A stretch of 64,000 nucleotides of DNA from Candidatus Niyogibacteria bacterium CG10_big_fil_rev_8_21_14_0_10_46_36 (GTDB lineage: Bacteria; Patescibacteriota; Minisyncoccia; 1-14-0-10-42-19), in contig PFCO01000009.1 of assembly GCA_002772995.1 (NCBI GenBank), positions 22,876 to 86,875 of the forward strand, read 5' to 3'. The first letter of the stretch is position 1. Each line of letters starts with the position of its first letter. Below the pieces are notes generated by a model. It had not been told where the DNA came from. It searched no databases and saw nothing but the letters and a program-made list of their open reading frames with translations. The position numbers and the translations under genes were made by a program. Shown here piece after piece: positions 40,873 through 48,669 of the stretch.

Positions 40873-42342
40873 TTATTTCCGCCGTATTATAAGCCAAGCG
40901 ATACCTATATAGAGCACAAGCATCGCAATGAGGGGAAATCCTGGAAGAGCTATTTCCGCAAACGAAAGTGATGAAAATGTCTCGACTATTTTGAGCTGAT
41001 ATTCAAGCAAAATGTACGCAACCCAGGCAAAAGGAAGCGCGAGTATCTTTGAAGCAAACGCTAGTGCGCCTGCCGTCGCTCCAAAAAACATTGTGTACGG
41101 AACCACAACAAGAACAAGCATATTTACGGGAAGCGCAACGACAGAAAATGTTCCCATAAGATGCAAGATGAGTGGGGTAACTGCAATCTGGGCGGAGAGC
41201 GTTGCTGTTGCCGCTTCCCGTAATCCGAATCGCTTAGGAGCCCATGAAAGCATGCGCTCAAAACGAGGCGCGAGATAAATAAGTCCCAGCGTTGCCAAAA
41301 ATGAAAGCTGGAACGACGCGTCAAACAGGAGAATCTTTGGATTTACAAATATCATAAGAGCGCCTGCAATGAGGAGCGCGATAATGACACGGTTTATGCG
41401 CCCAGTCGCCTGAGCCGTATAAATGAGAATGGCCATAATTGATGCACGTACCACGGGGGCCGCAGCACCAGTGAATAGCGCAAAGAGAATTATTCCGGCT
41501 ACTCCCGCGCCCACGCTTACCGCCCACGAAAAGAATACCCCTAAAAATCCTGCAAAAGCCCTGGCGACAATGGTAATGTTATACCCGGAAAGAACAACAA
41601 TATGAATAACGCCTACCCTGCGGAACTCCTCAAGTACATTCTCAGGTATGCTTTTTCGAGCGCCGACAGTAAGTCCACCCAAAAAAGACGCGTGCGGTTC
41701 GGGCAATACGCTTCCGATTCGCTGTATGTACTCCTCCTTAAGCGAAAATAACCATCGCTTCAAAAAAAATCCACCTCTTCCTATGAGCGCGGTGCTTGGA
41801 TATGACATCTGAAGATAAATTTCGTCTTTCGCAAGATACGACTCCCAATCAAAATCAGAATCAGGAATATTCTCCGGAGGTTCAAGCCGCCCACGCGCTT
41901 CTACAATGTCTCCGTACACAAAAGAGGGGTAACGGCTCACGGTAAAAAGTATTTTCTCTGACGGAACACTTCTCCATGCTTTTTCGTTCCAATCAAATAG
42001 TTCCCCGCTTGCAACTACAAAGCGAGTATACCGGTCGCGTTCATCGGCTTCACTTGTTATTATGCCGCGCAATAATACAGTGTTGCCCACAACTCGCGCC
42101 CACTCCGGATTCACCCCTCCCCTGTCTTTCATATTAAAGCGCAGCACTCCAAAGCTACCCCCCGCGAACAGCAACGCAATAATAAAAAATAGACCCGCCC
42201 CTCTGACGCGCCAAAAAATAAAAAAACCCGCAGCAAGAAAGAGCCCAAAAACCGCATATACTTCTGCAATAGTAAAAAAGGAGCGGATACTTATACCCGC
42301 TCCAAATCCTATAATACTTATAACCAATGCTCGCTCTCTCAT
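40873..42342 (-). CDS. comEC: ComEC/Rec2 DNA-uptake channel (OB + competence domain, no MBL domain)
   Basis: FDW..YL, G..HIVVLSGYN, VVRASIM, NP, SFQLSFLAT.G. Confidence 0.95.
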   Translation of the reverse strand: MRERALVISIIGFGAGISIRSFFTIAEVYAVFGLFLAAGFFIFWRVRGAGLFFIIALLFAGGSFGVLRFNMKDRGGVNPEWARVVGNTVLLRGIITSEADERDRYTRFVVASGELFDWNEKAWRSVPSEKILFTVSRYPSFVYGDIVEARGRLEPPENIPDSDFDWESYLAKDEIYLQMSYPSTALIGRGGFFLKRWLFSLKEEYIQRIGSVLPEPHASFLGGLTVGARKSIPENVLEEFRRVGVIHIVVLSGYNITIVARAFAGFLGVFFSWAVSVGAGVAGIILFALFTGAAAPVVRASIMAILIYTAQATGRINRVIIALLIAGALMIFVNPKILLFDASFQLSFLATLGLIYLAPRFERMLSWAPKRFGLREAATATLSAQIAVTPLILHLMGTFSVVALPVNMLVLVVVPYTMFFGATAGALAFASKILALPFAWVAYILLEYQLKIVETFSSLSFAEIALPGFPLIAMLVLYIGIAWLIIRRK

Positions 42343-42788
42343 AATAATGTTTTCTGTTCTCCTGCATCGAGCGCCTCGTTCAGCAATCTGTCTGCTTCTT
42401 TATTCTTATCACGCATAAGATGCGTGTATACAATACTCCCAAAATCGAGCGTAAGATTGTGCGCCTTCATATACAACGGAAATAGTCGTTCTTCTTCTAT
42501 TTTATATATGCCGCTCAATTGGCGCATAACGAGCTCCGAATCCATACGAACTTCAACGCGCATCTGCTTTGCTTTTGCTTTCCCAAAAAGCTGCTTTGCT
42601 TTCTTGAGAGCAAAAATAACCGCCTCATATTCGGCTTCGTTATTCGTGCGTTCTCCTATCTGTTCCCCGTACGATTTTATATCCCGTCCGCCTACATCCT
42701 GAATAACCACGCCGATAGCAGCTGGCCCGGGGTTCCCTCGAGATCCTCCGTCCGTATATATCACAATGTCATTTTTTTGCTTATTCAT
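42339..42788 (-). CDS. rnhA: Ribonuclease HI (Ty1/archaeal-like type)
   Basis: YTDGGSRGNPGPA, TNNEAEY.A, DSELV..Q, R..N.EAD.L.N. Confidence 0.95.
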   Translation of the reverse strand: MNKQKNDIVIYTDGGSRGNPGPAAIGVVIQDVGGRDIKSYGEQIGERTNNEAEYEAVIFALKKAKQLFGKAKAKQMRVEVRMDSELVMRQLSGIYKIEEERLFPLYMKAHNLTLDFGSIVYTHLMRDKNKEADRLLNEALDAGEQKTLL

Positions 42789-43383
42789 ACTGTGCGTAAA
42801 ACGATTCTGCTATGCCACAGAATCTATCAAATGCCACTCTATACTCGGCAAGTATTCCTTTTGCTCTGCTGTGTCGCAACCGCCCTGTTAGTATATGTAG
42901 AACAGCTCCATAATACCACACCTGCTCTTTCGGCTCTGCATTAAAACTGCTCCACACACTGCTCCCTTGTTTTTGAAAATCATGCACGCAGGAGTTCATA
43001 TTATGAACCTTGTCGGCAGCACACACAAGTAGGCTGTTTCGCGATACATGTTGAAGATTGTGCAGATACGCCTCTTTCCGAACCTTCCATGGAATTTTTT
43101 TTCCATCTCTCATCTTTTTTTCCGTAACTCCCATAACTATATCTCGTATTACGAGACCAAAGTCGTGCTCTAATGCTTCGGGCGTATACGGCGTATCCTC
43201 TATAGCATCATGCAAAATACCCGCAGCGATGACATGCTCGTCAGAAGTATATTTTTTTAGAATGCCGGCAACTTCTTTTAAATGCGTAATATACGGCGTT
43301 ACTCCGTCTGATTTTCTCACTTGCCCTTTATGAAGAATTTCTGCTTTTTGTAATGCTTTATCTATAATAGTGCCGCGTGTCAT
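42781..43383 (-). CDS. HD-domain hydrolase, Mesh1/SpoT-like small alarmone hydrolase family
   Basis: H.GQ.RK...PYITH..V, AAGILHDAIEDT, V..VT, ADKVHN. Confidence 0.88.
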   Translation of the reverse strand: MTRGTIIDKALQKAEILHKGQVRKSDGVTPYITHLKEVAGILKKYTSDEHVIAAGILHDAIEDTPYTPEALEHDFGLVIRDIVMGVTEKKMRDGKKIPWKVRKEAYLHNLQHVSRNSLLVCAADKVHNMNSCVHDFQKQGSSVWSSFNAEPKEQVWYYGAVLHILTGRLRHSRAKGILAEYRVAFDRFCGIAESFYAQYE

Positions 43384-43422
43384 TGGTTTCTCCTGTTAAT
43401 GCGCATTTGCCAAAGCGTATCA

Positions 43423-45129
43423 TTATCTCGCACGATAATCAACGATACGCAAACGTATCTCTCCGGTATTGCGAAATGAGGAATATTCAATTGATGCCGC
43501 AAGGTCAATCGTCGCCCCCCTCTTTATCATCTCGGCGCCACTCCCCCCGCCAAAAAATACTGCTTTGACCGCATTCCCGCTCGATTGCTTACATCGCAGT
43601 TCCAGATGGCTTTGCACATTTCCAAATGTACGGACGTTTTCTATGAGAACGCCCGAAAACAAAAATACGGGATTTGGGTTTCCTTCACCAAATGGCTCGA
43701 ATCGCGAAAGAGTCGCATATATATCCCATGCAACCTCATCTATAGAAAGTTCTTTTTCTATATGAAGCTCTCCGAAAAGATTCTCTTTTTTGTCTATGCT
43801 TGCATACGCATCATTAAGCGCCCGCTCCATATCTTTTTCACGGCCCCCAGCAATCGTGAATCCAGCGGCCATTGCATGCCCGCCGTATGCCGTAAACAAA
43901 TCCTCACCCGCCCTCTTCATAAGCTCCACAAGATTTGCCGACCCATCGCTTCTGCACGAACCCTTAAATGTTTCACCTTCTCCCTTTCCAAATAAAAATA
44001 CCGGGCGCGCATACTCTTCAACCAGCCTGCTTGCGGCAATACCGAGCACACCCGGGAACCAACCCTCCTCTCCAAGTACAATAACCGCAGGCATATCTCT
44101 ATCAGCATACTTTGCCTGTATTAGAGAAACGACATCTTGCGTCATCCGCTTGCGCTCCGCATTCGCGTCCTGCAAGCGGGACGCAAGCCAGCGTGCTTCC
44201 TCTTCATTATCTGCGCGCAATAGCTCAACAGCGGTGTTTGCATGGTCTATACGCCCCGCTGAATTGATGAGCGGCCCCAATGTAAACGCAATGTCGCTTG
44301 CTTGCATACGCGGGAGGGAAATATACGGCTGCTGTTCTAACAATATACGAAGCCCGGGGCGCCTGTTCTTTTTTAGAACTTCGAGCCCCCAATGTACGAG
44401 CATTCTATTTTCGTCACGGAGCGGAACCATATCGGCAACCGTTGCAATAGCAACAACATCAAGCATCCATTTTTCGTATCCTTCTTTCACCGGCCAATCG
44501 CCCCTTTGGAAAAGCGCTTGTACAAATTTAAACGCCGTGCCTGTTCCACAGAGTTCCGGAAACGGATAGGCGCTGTCTTTCCGCTTATGATCAATGACAG
44601 CAAACGCCCGCGGCAATTCATCTCCCGGCAAATGATGATCGGTCACAATAACATCAATTCCTTTTTCTTGGAGCGTGCGCACACCCTCGATATCACCGAT
44701 GCCCGTATCCACCGTTACTACAAGCGACGGTTTTTGTTCTAATACCGCTTCCATTACATGTACGGTAAGCCCGTATCCTTCCTTGTATCGGTCGGGGTTA
44801 TATAAAAAGAAATTCTCATACCCCACAAAACGGAAAAAATCAGAGAATACAATAGAACCGCATACACCATCGGCATCGTAGTCGCTAAAAATAAGGATGC
44901 GTTCGTTTTTTTTCATGGCGTCCAAAAATCGTTTTACTGCTTTTTCCATATCGGGAAGCAAAAACGGGTCATGCGTATCACGCTCATACGCAGGCGAGAA
45001 AAATGCATCTGCTTCTTCCTGTGTGTGTATGCCGCGGTTAAAAAGAAGCTGAAGCGTTAACTCATCTCCGCGCATCTGTTCTGCATACGGCTCTGGGTAC
45101 GGATTTTTTATCTGCCACTGTTTTTTCAT
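43423..45129 (-). CDS. recJ: Single-stranded DNA exonuclease RecJ
   Basis: DYDADG, VDTG, TDHH, ATVAD.VPL..ENR, P.INSAGR, GGHAMAAG, EPFGEGNP.P. Confidence 0.97.
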   Translation of the reverse strand: MKKQWQIKNPYPEPYAEQMRGDELTLQLLFNRGIHTQEEADAFFSPAYERDTHDPFLLPDMEKAVKRFLDAMKKNERILIFSDYDADGVCGSIVFSDFFRFVGYENFFLYNPDRYKEGYGLTVHVMEAVLEQKPSLVVTVDTGIGDIEGVRTLQEKGIDVIVTDHHLPGDELPRAFAVIDHKRKDSAYPFPELCGTGTAFKFVQALFQRGDWPVKEGYEKWMLDVVAIATVADMVPLRDENRMLVHWGLEVLKKNRRPGLRILLEQQPYISLPRMQASDIAFTLGPLINSAGRIDHANTAVELLRADNEEEARWLASRLQDANAERKRMTQDVVSLIQAKYADRDMPAVIVLGEEGWFPGVLGIAASRLVEEYARPVFLFGKGEGETFKGSCRSDGSANLVELMKRAGEDLFTAYGGHAMAAGFTIAGGREKDMERALNDAYASIDKKENLFGELHIEKELSIDEVAWDIYATLSRFEPFGEGNPNPVFLFSGVLIENVRTFGNVQSHLELRCKQSSGNAVKAVFFGGGSGAEMIKRGATIDLAASIEYSSFRNTGEIRLRIVDYRAR

Positions 45130-45203
45130 ATTATCCAATATAGCACAGGGCTTGAAAAAAGGACGGAAAAACACTACTATGCAATAAAAATGGGGGGGGT
45201 TGT

Positions 45204-45569
45204 ATGGCTGCTATATACATTGAAAAGAAGATGCACTTTGAAGCGTCCCACTCGCTTATAGATGTAAACAATCCGCAGAATAATGAACCGAGGCACAGCC
45301 ACCTGTACAGCTTTACTGTGCGCATCAAAGGCGGTACTGACAAAGGCGGTATGATTACAAACATCCGCGATGTAAAACGCGTACTTAAAAAAGAAATAGT
45401 AGACGCGCTGAATGGCAGGTATCTGAATGACGTGTTCCCCGAAATGAATCCAACCATGGAGAATCTCGCCGAATTTATTTACAACTCAGCTAAATTAATA
45501 TTTCCCGGCGTTGTACGCGTTCAGATTTGGGAAAACGAGGACTCTTCAGCAATATACGAAGAAGAATAA
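45204..45569 (+). CDS. 6-pyruvoyl-tetrahydropterin synthase / QueD family (T-fold) protein
   Basis: FEASH, HSH, GMI, LND, NPTMENLA, WE; the usual catalytic Cys is absent. Confidence 0.88.
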   Translation: MAAIYIEKKMHFEASHSLIDVNNPQNNEPRHSHLYSFTVRIKGGTDKGGMITNIRDVKRVLKKEIVDALNGRYLNDVFPEMNPTMENLAEFIYNSAKLIFPGVVRVQIWENEDSSAIYEEE

Positions 45570-45574
45570 CAAAC

Positions 45575-45599
45575 AAAAAACTCCCATACGGGAGTTTTT
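45575..45599. terminator. Bidirectional terminator
   Basis: AAAAACTCCC-atac-GGGAGTTTTT between the QueD-like gene and tRNA-Leu. Confidence 0.75.
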
Positions 45600-45617
45600 G
45601 TATTTGAGCTAGTTGTG

Positions 45618-45701
45618 TGCGCAGGAGAGGATTTGAACCTCCACGCCCCGAAGGACACTACCCCCTCAAGGTAGCTCGTCTACCAATTCCGACACCTGCG
45701 C
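45618..45701 (-). tRNA. tRNA-Leu(GAG)
   Basis: GCGCAGGTGTCGGAATTGGTAGAC...CTTGAGGG, variable arm, GGTTCAAATCC...CCTGCGCA. Confidence 0.95.
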
Positions 45702-45703
45702 GT

Positions 45704-46207
45704 TTACGCTTCTTTTTTTTCTTCTGTGCTTCCCGGAGAGCTTTCTTCTTTCTTTGCTTCAGTCAGCGCTGAAGTATCTGCATTTTCTTCCCCGTCTTGC
45801 GGTTTTTCAGGTTCATCCTCCTTTGTTTCCATCACAACCTCATTCACGATTCTCATCTGCTTCATTTTGCGCCGTGCCGCGCGCGTTGCTTTTTCGCGGA
45901 TATAATAGAGTTTTGCGCGGCGGACTTTCGAGCGCCGCACCAATTCAATTTTCTCAATAGTTGGTGAATATAATGGAAAAATTCGTTCAACGCCAATACC
46001 GTCTACCACCTTGCGCACCGTAAATGTCCCACCCGGTTCAGCTCCGTGCTTCCGCGCCAAAACAAGACCCTCAAACGCTTGAAGGCGCGTCTTGTTCCCT
46101 TCCTTGACCCGTTGCCATACGCGAACCGTATCGCCCGAACGAATATCAAGCTTTTTACGGTCTTCTATCTTTACGGGTGAAAATTTTATCTTATGAATGG
46201 TATTCAT
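45704..46207 (-). CDS. rplS: 50S ribosomal protein bL19 with acidic C-terminal extension
   Basis: GDTVRV...EG.K.RLQAFEG.V, FTVRK...[18 protein letters not shown]. Confidence 0.98.
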   Translation of the reverse strand: MNTIHKIKFSPVKIEDRKKLDIRSGDTVRVWQRVKEGNKTRLQAFEGLVLARKHGAEPGGTFTVRKVVDGIGVERIFPLYSPTIEKIELVRRSKVRRAKLYYIREKATRAARRKMKQMRIVNEVVMETKEDEPEKPQDGEENADTSALTEAKKEESSPGSTEEKKEA

Positions 46208-46232
46208 AATATTTCACCAAGATAACACTATT

Positions 46233-46928
46233 TTAAGCATTACGCAATCCCTCAAGAACCCGCTCAAGATCAACGGGGATGTCAGCCTCAAGGCGTATTT
46301 TTCCGCTCTGGGGGAGAGCAATCTCAAGAGTAGATGCATGCAAAAAATGCCGATTGAGGCCAAACGGGCACACAAACCGCTTCCCCGCATAAAGTTTATC
46401 GCACACAATAGGGTACCCAATAGCTTTCATGTGTACTCGTATCTGATGGGTGCGGCCTGTTTTTGGAAATAAACGGACCAGCGTATAGCCGCCCCCGAAA
46501 TATTCAATTACCTCATAATCAGTACGCGCTTCGCGGACCATACCACGCATAAGGCCTTCCGCAGCGCGTCTTGTCGGATCATTTTTTGAACGGCCTATCG
46601 GCATGTCAATGGTGCCTTTTTTTTCTTTTACTTTCCCGACCACTAACGCCGCGTACTCCTTTACAACAGTACGCATATGGAATTGTTTTTTGAGATAGTC
46701 AAATGCTTCTTGGTTCCGCGCGACCACAAGAACGCCCGACGTGTCTTTATCAAGCCGATGCACTACACCAGGGCGTAATGGATCCTCTCCTACACCTTCT
46801 ATCTCGGGAAATTGCCCCGCTATCATTTGGATAAGGGTGTCAGACGGGTGGTGTCTGTCGGGGTGCACCGAGACACCTGCGGGCTTATTTACCGCAATAA
46901 TGTCACTGTCTTCGTAAATGATTTGCAT
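46233..46928 (-). CDS. RluA/RluD family pseudouridine synthase (no S4 domain)
   Basis: VNKPAG..VHP, VHRLDKDTSG, TGRTHQIRVH, LHA. Confidence 0.95.
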   Translation of the reverse strand: MQIIYEDSDIIAVNKPAGVSVHPDRHHPSDTLIQMIAGQFPEIEGVGEDPLRPGVVHRLDKDTSGVLVVARNQEAFDYLKKQFHMRTVVKEYAALVVGKVKEKKGTIDMPIGRSKNDPTRRAAEGLMRGMVREARTDYEVIEYFGGGYTLVRLFPKTGRTHQIRVHMKAIGYPIVCDKLYAGKRFVCPFGLNRHFLHASTLEIALPQSGKIRLEADIPVDLERVLEGLRNA

Positions 46929-46984
46929 GCCTCATAATGCCACATCTTGCAAAAAATAAAAATCCCGCGCGGGGCGGGATTCGT

Positions 46985-47299
46985 TTACATATCTTTTAGG
47001 AATTCTTCGTATAAGTCTACATCGCCGTTCTTTTGAATCTGCTTGTCTTCGTGCGGTGCAGCAAGTCTCCGATATAGCTCTGCTGCAGCGTCGTACAAAG
47101 CGCCCCTTATGGATGCGAACATCCAATACCGGAATTTCCCGAAGCGCGCTTTAACAACCGCTAGCCCGAGACGCGTGAAGCTATAATTGAGCAATCCTGT
47201 CATATCAACATCTTCGTGTATCAGCTTAGACATCTCTTCAGCAAGCTTATCAATATGAGGATTTAAAGCCGTGCGGTCCGGCTGTTTAATATATGGCAT
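46985..47299 (-). CDS. Small helical protein, DUF6899-like
   Basis: MPYIKQ..R, G.LNY..T, GAL.....E.YRR...P.ED..I..NGDV; AAGGAGG SD. Confidence 0.75.
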   Translation of the reverse strand: MPYIKQPDRTALNPHIDKLAEEMSKLIHEDVDMTGLLNYSFTRLGLAVVKARFGKFRYWMFASIRGALYDAAAELYRRLAAPHEDKQIQKNGDVDLYEEFLKDM

Positions 47300-47324
47300 T
47301 AATATGCCTCCTTTTTTAAATACC

Positions 47325-47399
47325 TGGTGCGCCCGAGAAGGATCGAACTTCTGGCCTTTTCGATGTCAACGAAACGCTCTACCACTGAGCTACGGGCGC
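47325..47399 (-). tRNA. tRNA-Val(GAC)
   Basis: GCGCCCGTAGCTCAGTGGTAGAGC...TTGACAT...GTTCGATC...CGGGCGCACCA; only tRNA here with encoded CCA. Confidence 0.96.
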
Positions 47400-47596
47400 A
47401 TGTTCTTGATGATGTGTTCAACTTCTTCTCGGCTTACGAGATTCCGTTTTTTTACTTCTTCGTCAATTAACTTCTTTATCTGTTCTTCGAGCGCCCTCTG
47501 ACCTTCTTGCGCCTGCGCCAACAGTTCCTTCATTTGCGAAGGATCCATATTTTTCATCATGTCTGCTGCAAGTTTTGCCTGATCAAATATTCCCAT
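47390..47596 (-). CDS. Small coiled-coil hypothetical protein; stop codon lies inside tRNA-Val
   Basis: 68 aa amphipathic ORF starting 1 nt after the GNAT stop. Confidence 0.7.
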   Translation of the reverse strand: MGIFDQAKLAADMMKNMDPSQMKELLAQAQEGQRALEEQIKKLIDEEVKKRNLVSREEVEHIIKNMRP

Positions 47597-47597
47597 A

Positions 47598-48086
47598 TTA
47601 TATGTATGCTAATTTTTTCTTGTATATAATATCATGTCCCGCCCCTTTTTGATAGAGGTCTTCCCGCTTGAGAGCTTCGTATCGGTGCCGCACAAGAAAC
47701 GTCTGAATAGGAAGATTGTCCGCTTTCGCGTCGCACACAATATGCGAAGAGTTAAAATCACGAGCTCCTTCTATTTCGACATTACGCAATAGAAAGCTCG
47801 CGATATACCGCCCGCGCATATCGGGGCGCACCGTAAGATTTTTTATTTCAAGAGCGCGGGGATCTTTTTTGTGGCGTTGGTAGAGCGCCACCCCCGCAAT
47901 ATCATTGCCCGAAAGCGCTACCATCGCGCGCTTTTGTTCATTTTTGAGTTCAATAAAACTTTTATGGAGCCACTCGTCAAAATCAGGATACTGGATGCGC
48001 GGTATCCAAAGCCGCGGTCCCAAAAGATACCCGACTATTTCATCCAAACAAGAAGCGGGATATTCATTTGTGAAATGAAGGTTCAT
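47598..48086 (-). CDS. GNAT family N-acetyltransferase
   Basis: YPDFDEWL, IAGVALY, LEIKNLTV.PDMRGRYIAS.LL (acetyl-CoA motif A), FL...Y; probable start 48086. Confidence 0.85.
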   Translation of the reverse strand: MNLHFTNEYPASCLDEIVGYLLGPRLWIPRIQYPDFDEWLHKSFIELKNEQKRAMVALSGNDIAGVALYQRHKKDPRALEIKNLTVRPDMRGRYIASFLLRNVEIEGARDFNSSHIVCDAKADNLPIQTFLVRHRYEALKREDLYQKGAGHDIIYKKKLAYI

Positions 48087-48098
48087 TGTAAAAGTTAC

Positions 48099-48233
48099 CC
48101 CACCAGGATTTTTCTTCATCCGTAGCTCACAGCGTCCCGCTTACAACGGGACAAGCTCGCTCCTCCTTCAGAACCGGGGTTTCAAATCCCGGCAAACATT
48201 AAAATTATTAAATAAGCGGTCCCACCGGGATTT
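48099..48233 (-). repeat. tRNA-Glu 3'-end direct repeat with internal inverted T-arm copy (mini-element)
   Basis: CCCACCAGGATTT (48099-48111) vs CCCACCGGGATTT (48221-48233); AACCGGGGTTTCAAATCCCGG (48172-48192) is an inverted T-arm copy. Confidence 0.6.
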
Positions 48234-48291
48234 GAACCCGGGTTTCTAGGATGAAAACCTAGCGTCCTAGACCAGCCTAGACGATGGGACC
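48217..48291 (-). tRNA. tRNA-Glu(TTC)
   Basis: GGTCCCATCGTCTAG...CTAGG-TTTTCAT-CCTAG...GGTTCAAATCC...TGGGACCG. Confidence 0.95.
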
Positions 48292-48345
48292 AATAATAAC
48301 CAGGATATAGTACATAATGTACCAGAGAAAATCAATCCTTTCAAT

Positions 48346-48375
48346 AAAAAAACCTAGGCATAGCCTAGGTTTTTT
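48346..48375 (-). terminator. Intrinsic terminator
   Basis: AAAAACCTAGGC-ata-GCCTAGGTTTTT. Confidence 0.75.
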
Positions 48376-48376
48376 G

Positions 48377-48661
48377 TTATTTTTTCACTTCTTCGCCTAT
48401 GAGGTCTTTTGACACCCAAAAATTACTTCCCTGGAAAAATCCGTATCCACCGCATTGCATGCCTCGCACCGTTACGAGATACGCATCTTCGCGCTCACTC
48501 AATATGTCTACTATCAAAGATCCGTCTTGGATATAGCCGTCGGGATAAAATCCCGATGCCACCTTTCCGTTCACATCTTTGAATGAGACAAGTTTTTCTT
48601 CCGAAAACATTCCTCTGCTAACCGACTCAAGCGTTAAAAGACGCTTAGGATAATCCATCAT
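48377..48661 (-). CDS. Small beta-rich hypothetical protein
   Basis: GGAGG SD; directly follows the M16 peptidase; RGMFSEE..V...D..G...SGF. Confidence 0.7.
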   Translation of the reverse strand: MMDYPKRLLTLESVSRGMFSEEKLVSFKDVNGKVASGFYPDGYIQDGSLIVDILSEREDAYLVTVRGMQCGGYGFFQGSNFWVSKDLIGEEVKK

Positions 48662-48669
48662 AACCTCCG

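Noticed and set aside
48120-48193. Plus-strand tRNA-like sequence (GTAGCTCA...GGTTTCAAATCCC)
   Set aside because: No acceptor stem or canonical D and anticodon arms; better explained as the inverted T-arm of the tRNA-Glu mini-element
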